Assembly: GCF_004010195.1 (NCBI RefSeq)
Contig: NC_057719.1
Span: forward strand, 66,113,049 to 66,177,048
DNA: 64,000 bases
Origin: Chiloscyllium plagiosum
Taxonomy: Eukaryota
Direction of reading: 5' to 3'
The position numbers and the translations under genes are program-made. Below the pieces are notes generated by a model that worked only from the letters and a program-made list of their open reading frames with translations, had not been told where the DNA came from and did not search any database. Each line of letters begins with the position of its first letter. Position 1 is the first letter of the stretch. Shown piece by piece: positions 54,501-63,500 of this stretch.

Positions 54501-57500
54501 GGATTATTATCGAACAACCCAACTGCCCAGGGATAGCCTCTTGTAGATCCAATGTTCTACTCAAGTTTTGAGGTCTTTCTGAAGAAGGGTCACCAGATTC
54601 TGCTTTCTCTCCACTGATGCTGCCAGATCTTCTGAGTTTCTCCAGCAATTTTGGTTTTTGTTTCAGATTTCCAGCATCTGCAGATTTGTGTTTCTTTTTT
54701 TGTGTCCTTTTTCACTGGCTTGACTTTAGCTGCAGCAACAGGCAGTGACCCCTGTGCTTAGTCTAATTTTTATTCAACACTTTAGAAAACTGGAATGTGA
54801 ATACACTGTCTCGCTTACTTGTTTGATAAGGCAGCGCCTGCTACATCAGTGCTGAAGGGGTCCCTATTGACCAGTTTCAAGAGCACTCCTGATGTCCTTA
54901 GATGGCAAGCTTGTCCACTCATCAGTCAACTCATGATAAATCACAGCAAATGTCTGCTCTCCAGAGAGCTTGCATTTCTGACTCCAACTTGATTTGGCGT
55001 TGGCGTCCTGAAACTAATAGGGAAAGTCCTGTTGTAGAGCACAAAATCTAAGCTGACATTTCCATGTAGTACCAAGGGGATTCCATGTTGTTCGTAGGTC
55101 TAGGGATGAGATTCAACTTTAGCGTGGACCAACATGGGCAGCAGTGGATCTGCACTGAATGTGGATCACACCAGATTTTCTTTCCACTGACTTAAAATGA
55201 GGCAGTGACAGCTCACATGGGTTTACCTCTCATGGAACTACCTGAAGAAAAGCAGTGAGTGACCCACAGGTGCGAGTCAACATCTCTATATCAATTAAAT
55301 TCGCCAAACATATAACCTGCTTGTTTGCGCCAACTGTTATTTGGCAATCTCGCTGTCTGCAAAATTGGCTCATGCATTTATCTGCACAAATTGAACGTAA
55401 TCCATTAGTTGTACATTATTTTATGCACTTTGAGAATGCAATGTTAATACAGGCATTTGCCTTTGCGAGGTCGACGACCTATTAAAAATCTGCGGTTAAT
55501 TGCAAAAATGTGAGGAATAGTGCATGCGCGTACCTTGCAATCAAATATTTCTGGAAACAAGCCAATACAATCAGACGTGTAAGCTTCTACCCTGTATAAA
55601 ATACCTTCCTCGATTGAGGAGAGCTCACCTTTGTTTCGGTTTTCCTGATAATGTTTCCGCATTTTGAAGTCCATCATCATGTGGAATGCCTTCATGTTTA
55701 GACACTGCATGGAACTCAACAGGCATACTCAAACGGTAGTATGTCATTTCAGTAATGCAGTTTTGAGTGCCAAAGGTTTTGTGATTGACTTTTAAACAGG
55801 GTGGACTGTCAACAGTCCCATCAATCCTTGTTACCTGCAATTTGGATTTTAGTTATTAATGTAAGGTCTCTATCAAAAAAATGCAACATTAAAGTTTTAT
55901 TATAATTTACATAATAAATTAAAATTAGTCACATTTGCACAGGGGCAATCCGATTTAAACATCTTAGAATATTATCCCAGCTCACCGTGAAGAGACATTC
56001 AAAAGCCATTAAGGCAATAAGCAGGCACAATGGCTTTTTTCTATTATTCATTCATGGGCCAAGACAGCATTCATTGCCCATCTCCAATTTCAATTGAGAG
56101 GTGATAGTGTGCTGCCATCTTGAACCACCCATAGAACATTTGGTATAGGTACAGCCCATAGTGCTGTTATAGGGAAGGCATTCAGGATTTCAACCCGACA
56201 ACACTGATGGGATAATGGTGCATTTTCAAGTCGGGTTGGAGTTGTTTTTGTTACTAGTTTTCACATTTTCAACTGCCCTACCCAATCTTCAATGGTAGGT
56301 TTAATATTGAGATGCTAACATCAGCTTAATAACACTATAAGCAAAAGATTGTAAGTTAACTTGTATTGTCTAAATGGATCTTCACAATAATCTTGTATTG
56401 GTGCGTTACATTTCATTTAGGGAGTTCAAAGTACTGTGGCAATCTACACTTTTACCGTGCATATTGTAGTCCATAAAAGTGGAAGCAGAGAATTCATTGT
56501 TTTTTTCCATCTCTTGGCTGACCAGAAAGCTCTTCTGCTTTTCCCACTTGCCAATAGTGTTGGAAGAATTTGCAATTTGACCCGTTAGGCCACATTATAC
56601 ACTTAGCTTCCCCAGTCTTCAAGTCCTGGGTTGCATTTAAATGTGGAGCTTCGAGGTAGTGGCAGGGATTCGAGCCATTGCATCAGAAAACTATAGCAAC
56701 TTACATCCATTATAGTTATAATTAACTGTACCAATACAATGCACTAAAGCTTCAGATTAATATTTTTAAAGTCTATTAAATTCCTGGTGCTCTCAATTAC
56801 TGGATTACCAAACTCTGTGCACATGAAAAACGCAGCACAATTCTGTTATTTTCATTAAAGTTAGAAATAATATATGATATAGCCAGAGGCATGCATTCCA
56901 AAGGAATTGTAAAAAGTGCACCACAAACATTACAACATGATTCCCAGAAGGTTTCAAATAGCTGAAACTTCAGAAATTAGAAATCTGTTACAATAATGAA
57001 AAGAACCAATTGCAAAGATGAAAAGCAATGAATACCCTTCCAACATTTGAACTCCTCTAAATGACTTGCCCCCCTGAGAATAATCTATTTACTAATAAGG
57101 GCACAGCTTAATAATTTTCCACAGTCGGTGTCACAGACATGTTCTGTAATCAAAATCATTGCTTTAAAGTGAGCGACTAATCAGTTACTATCACAATGGA
57201 TTCTGAATATTTTAATTTAATTACGTACACAGATTGTGCAATTCCTCTGATTTCCCAGGTTTACATAAAAGCATAAGAAATAGGAGCAGGAGTAGGGTGT
57301 AGCCTGCTCCACCATTCAGTAAGATCATGGCTGATTTTTCTGTGGACTCAGCTTCACCTACCTGCCTTCTCATCATTACCCTTAATTACTTTACTGTTCA
57401 AAAATTAATCTTTGCCTTAATAACATTCGAGAGGTAGCCTCATCTGCTTCACTGGGCAGGGAATTTCACAGATTTACAACCCTTGGGGTGAAGACGTTCC

Positions 57501-60500
57501 TCCTCAACTTAATCCTAAATCTGCTCCCCTTTACTTTCGGGCTGTGCCCTCTAATTCTAGTTTCACCCACCAGTGGAAACAACCTCGCTCCTTCTATTTT
57601 ATCTATTCCCTTCATAACTGTGTGTGTTTCTAAATGATCTCTCTTTATTCTTCTAAATTCTAATGAATACTGTCTATTCAATCTCTCCTCATAAGCCATC
57701 CCTCTCTGGAATCAACCTAGTCAACCTCCTCCGCGCACCTCCAGTGCCAGTACATCATTTCTCAAGTAAGGAGACTAAAACTGCATGCAGTAATCCAGGT
57801 GTGGCCTTATCAGCACCCTATACAGTTGCAGCATAACCTCCCTGTTTTTAAACTCCATCCCTCTACCAATGAAGGACAATACTCCAATTGTCTTCTTAAT
57901 TGCACCTTTAAACAAACCTCTTGTGATTCATGCACAAGGACACCCAGGTCCCTCTGTACAGCAGCATGCTGCAGTTTAGAATGGACTTGGGGGTTTATCT
58001 TTACTTTCATTCTCCTATGAAAACAACATAGTGTGCGTAAGCCAATATCATTTTCAATGCATGGATGTAGAGTTTAGTCACCGTTTCTAACTTACCTCAA
58101 TATGGTTGTGATCTCTTGGTACAGGAACAAACTGAGGTAATCGCTTACTGAACCACATAGCGACATCACGATTCATGTTAACTGCAAAAGGTTCATAACC
58201 TTCTTGTAAACCACACATTGTATAGTACTTGAAAGTGGTGGCATCCTCTCCAAAATTCATGCGGGCTATTTGAGACAGGCCCAGACAACAAATTGGGATG
58301 AAACCTAGAGTTATGGGAGGAAACCAAAATCATATTTTATATTGGTTTGTTGAGACAGCTATTAAATAAGAGAATACATGTATCAAAATTTAGATTGTCA
58401 TGACAGAAGGGTACATGGCATGTTACATTGTCCATAATAAAATAAACCTGTGCTGATGATTATTAAGCATGATAACCTAGATCAACATGAAATATTCAGG
58501 ATTTGATAAAAATGACGAATACCCAGGATATCCCCTCCACATTACATAGAGTGAGAGTTGAAGTGAGTCACATGGTTACAGTTCACTCAGAGACTCTGAG
58601 TTGCTGTGGGAACGTGCATTTTTATCAGCGTATAGTAGTCTAGAGTGATGGCTAGATATAGTAGAGACTCCAACTTTCTTTCCATCACATACGTGATCCA
58701 AAATCTCAAATGCTCTCATCACCTGCCACTAACATGTTTTGGAAGGATTTGATTTAATTTGATTTGGTTTATTTATTGTCATGTGTATCTTGTTATAAAA
58801 TACAGTGAAAAGTGTTGTGTATACAACTCAAAATGTTTGGCCATATTATGAACCAGACTTGTTCATCAAGTACTGAGGTGGGACTCGAACCTGGGAGATG
58901 CTGGCTAAGAAGCAGAGGCTCTATCAACTGCACCTCAAGATCTCCTCTAAGTCACGTAGGGTCTATCTAAAACAAATCACAATTTCTTGGTTTGGTTTAT
59001 TTCTGTACCAACATTGCTTTGATGAAAGACAAGGAAACCTCTTTGTGGTCTAATTTAATCCTCATTTATGGGATGTAATTTAATGCAAAATAAAACAGAG
59101 CTGAAAATGTGTTGCTAGAAAAGCGCAGCAGGTCAGGCAGCATCCAAGGAGCAGGAGAATCGATATTTCGGGCATGAGCCCTTCTTCAGGAAAGGGCTCC
59201 TGAAGAAGGACTCATGCCTGAAACGTCGATTCTCCTGCTCCTTGGATGCTGCCTGACCTGCTGCGCTTTTCCAGCAACACATTTTCAGCTCTGATCTCCA
59301 GCATCTGCAGTCCTCACTTTCTTCTGCAAAATAAAACAGTCAAATACTTGTAAGTGACAAGTGAAGCATATATACTTGGTATTGCATAAAAAACTTTTGA
59401 TCACAAAGTGGTAATATCAAGACCCTAGATGCACCACACAGCAAAACAGCCAAGTTATTCCTAACTTTATTGCAATGATTTTAAAAGCAAGGGCTCTTAG
59501 CCTTAACACAGATGCACAGAAATCAATAAAACAATTTTCTCCCTGATTCGGGTTTCTGTGATTTTGATGTGCAATAGATGACCCAAACTCCTTCAACAAA
59601 CACAGCAAGTCAGCAACTTGTGATAGCAATCAGATTCCAAGGCAATTTTAAAGCAAGCTCCTCTCATCACTAGTTATGGTGGTGTAGTCAAGAGGTCCTT
59701 ATTGCAAGCCATTCACAAATATTTTGAGTACACTACCGTTAAATTGTGACCATTCCTTCCCGTTCTTATTACCTTGTTATCGTATCCTCTCCTCTCCCTA
59801 TTCCACTTACTATCCTTTCAAGTGTGGCAGGAGATATACCATTGTTCTGCCATTCTCACATTCCGATCACTTAACCTGAACTATCAATATCGGCACCCAA
59901 CCCCCAGTGCTCCCCCACCAAATATAGCATGAATGCTGTCCCCTCCACACTTTACTTTAGCTCTGATGAAGAGTCATCTAGCCTCGAAATGTTAGCTTGC
60001 TCTTGCTCCATGGATGCTGCCTGACCCCCTGGGATCTCCAGCATTAGTTGTCTTCAGTAAAGCCGCTTCTTGCTTACCCCAGAAGAAACGGCGCGTCCAA
60101 TTACCAACTGCTGGGGCCCTTCCTTGGGAATGCCTGAACCCCACACTCCCCCTCCCAAACTAAGCCTTCCAGAATTAGCTGGGTTCCACAGAGAAATTCC
60201 CAGATTACCAACTCATCAGGGAAGGGAACGTTACCTGGATTCTTTTTACCAGGAGGCTATTGCATCCATTAGGACAGGATTTTGTGATTTGCTTAGGGGT
60301 TGGGGTTGGGGGTATGTGACTGTGAGTGAAGGCGGCAAGGGAATACAGTGGGCAGGATTGCCTGGACTTGGATGTGGAAGGATATTTTCTCTCATGGGCG
60401 AGTCCAGAACTAGGATGCTAATTAGGTGTTGTGCTAAGAGGAAGAGAACATTTGTTTAAACCCTCAAAAGTCTGTGTGACCTTGAAACTCTGCCTCAAAT

Positions 60501-63500
60501 TTTACTGGAAACAGGACCATTGAATGTTTTTAGGACAGAGGCAGATTAAGGTTATTGGGTGCAGATGGGAATGTGATATGCTAAACACAAATAAGATCAG
60601 GCATATTACTGAATAGATGAGCAGGCAGGAGGGGTTGAATGGCCTGTTTCTGCTCCTATTGACAATCTTTTTGATCACTGGGTTGCTGTGCCCAAACAAG
60701 TCACTGATGAAATTCAAATGAGGCCAGATTGTCAAAATGGCATTGGCCACCAAGAGTGGAATTGTGTAGGAGTTGGGTTTACTTTATCTGTCTTCCAGCA
60801 GCTGAGTGCTAATGTATCAAAGTCTATTCCAGATTAATGCCAATGCCATGATATTCCAAATGATGAGATGAAATGGACCCAACTGCCTTCATTGTCTAAA
60901 GCTATCATAGAATCATAGCAGAATCCCTACAGTGTGGAAATCTTGTGTATACTGCCCTTTAAATTGATGCTTGTTATATTTTAGCTACAACAGCAATAAC
61001 TTCACATTTTTACCTGTATCATCCCATGAAACAGTTAAAGTCTCATATTTTTACTTGGTCAGTACTATGCAGGTATGAAAAATACCAAGACTATCGATAA
61101 TCTAACACATATGTCTAATTAAAATGGTTAATGTTAAAATGAAATAACAAATATTAACCTACCATCTTCAATATGGAAATCTGTAAAGACGAGTTCTGAG
61201 CCACTATTCGTAATGAGGAGTTCTCCATTCAAAGTAAATACCATTGATTTATCATGCAGATCAATCATGCAGCCAACTACATCACCAGGCTGCCAGGTGC
61301 GGCCAAAGTAAGCTGCACCTTGATGCCAACACTGAGCCTGAAAAAGATCATGACGTCTTATTCTTAGTGCATTAAATATGCATCAATATTACTAGAAGTC
61401 TTCAACAATCAACACACATGTTGCTAATCCATAATACTTTCAGTGAATTTGTACTGAATTCTAACAAGAATAAATATGAACGATGCACATTAATTCAAAA
61501 CAATTTTACTCAATGGGGCAATTATTAGATATTAGAAATAATGGTATTTTAGCGTGTTTCAGTAGGGTAAAGATCTCCTTCCAGAGGCAATTCTTAACCA
61601 ATACATTTTCTATGTGACTTAACAGTTGCTGTCATGGTATTCTGCAAATGCTATGACACAATTACAAAAACAAATAGGATATGAAGTTAGCATTACACAG
61701 CAGTTTTACCCAATCAATTTCTAAATGGCCATGGCAATGGCTTAACAGGTCTTTGCAACAACAGGTTATTAAATGACCAGTTCATTCCATTGTGCTATTC
61801 ATTTTTAGGGGTTTGGGAAAATGTGGCCCTAATCTCTGGTGGAAGCAGTGTCATTTTTGGGAACACAGTTTTTAATACAGTAGGGTGATTCTATCTCCAT
61901 TATCTTGATTTCATGTTCAGACTGATTCATCCACAAATGCCAAGTATTTCTTCACTCTCTTTGTGCCAGTCACTGGGGCCATTTATTTTCCCACTTGTCT
62001 CATTTCAGTAAGCTGCACTGCCTTTTGCATTAGCATTTTCCTTCTATCTTAACTTCTTAGAAGTAAAAAAGCAAGAGGGACTTCAGGTCAGCAAGTAACA
62101 CTTCAGACAAATAGCACCCACAAGCACAGGGAGCCCAAATCTCTGTCTGACCAAGGAGCACCTCATATGCCGAGATGTGGTTTTCAAACGTTATGTCATG
62201 TTATCAGTCAACACACAGCATCATTTAAATGCAAGTATTCCTTGGCCACAGGCTAATCAGGTCACTTAAGTGCCACAAGCTATTCCACTCTTCTACTGAA
62301 GATAGTACTAACATTTGATGGACCTCAACTGCATGCAGATGCATTAAACATCTCCTATGATGAACTGTGGGAGCAAATTACTGCAGACACTGGAATCTGT
62401 ACTTGAAGCAAAAAATGCTGGATGTCAGGCAGTTCATCCTTGGAGACAGAGCAAGCTAACATTTCGAGTCAAGCTTTCTTTCTCTCCGTGGATGCTGCCT
62501 GACCTCCTGCGATCTCCAGCATTTTGTTGTTTTCAGTGCTGGATGAACTTTCTTTGAGAGTGAGCAAACTCATCACTTCCTCAGAGACAAATAGCGAAAT
62601 ATGGCAGAGAATTTTCATTTTACACAGTGGCAAAATGTTACAAGATCTAAAAGAATCTCAGATGCACCTATGCGGCTCGACATGTTCTCATATTTGATTC
62701 TTACACTGTATCATTGACTGTCCATATCAGGGATGCTGGTGTCCCATGCCTGAGACACCCTTTCAGTACCCATTAGCAGCTTTCACTGATGTGTTGCTCT
62801 ATTCCAATCTTTCCCCCGATTTCCCACGGATACATGAATGGAGCTGGGGCCTTTCTGGCATACATTTGGTAACATTTGTTTGGAAACCTTTCAGCTCTGT
62901 TAAAAAGAACCCATTTGGGTGAATATCTCTCCACTTTTAAGATGTTGTGGGCCTTTAAATCCTGAAGCAAAGAAAAGAAAAAACTAGCCTAACAGCAAAC
63001 TACCCATCAGCAACACTGTTAGTTCTCTGAACCTGCCTATATGTTGGGAGTAATTTTATTTTACATAAGACAGGTACCTATTCCACACCACTGTCTGTTA
63101 ATTCAGCATTGGCAACTGAAAATGTATTCTTGTCAACTTGTAATGCTATATTGGGGAAGACATCAAAGATTATTTTGATTGACTGTAATTAAATAGAATC
63201 TGTACAAGATGTCTGACCACCCCAAGTAGCATTTTAGATTAATCAATTGGCAATGATTGAATTTGAAAATTGCTATAAAAAGCAAATTGATCCTTCATAA
63301 AAATTCCAAACAATCCAGCAATATATTCTACTAGAAAAAAAGGTGCTGGCTGATTAGCAAGGCAAGTCTTCTTGCCCAAGGTGTTGCCTTGGGGAAAGCA
63401 AAGCAATCAGGTTTTGCCAACCAATCAGTACCCATTTCTCCTGTAAAATAAAACATTGTGAATGTTTTGACATTTGGTTTCCTTGCACTTGTCTTGGTGA

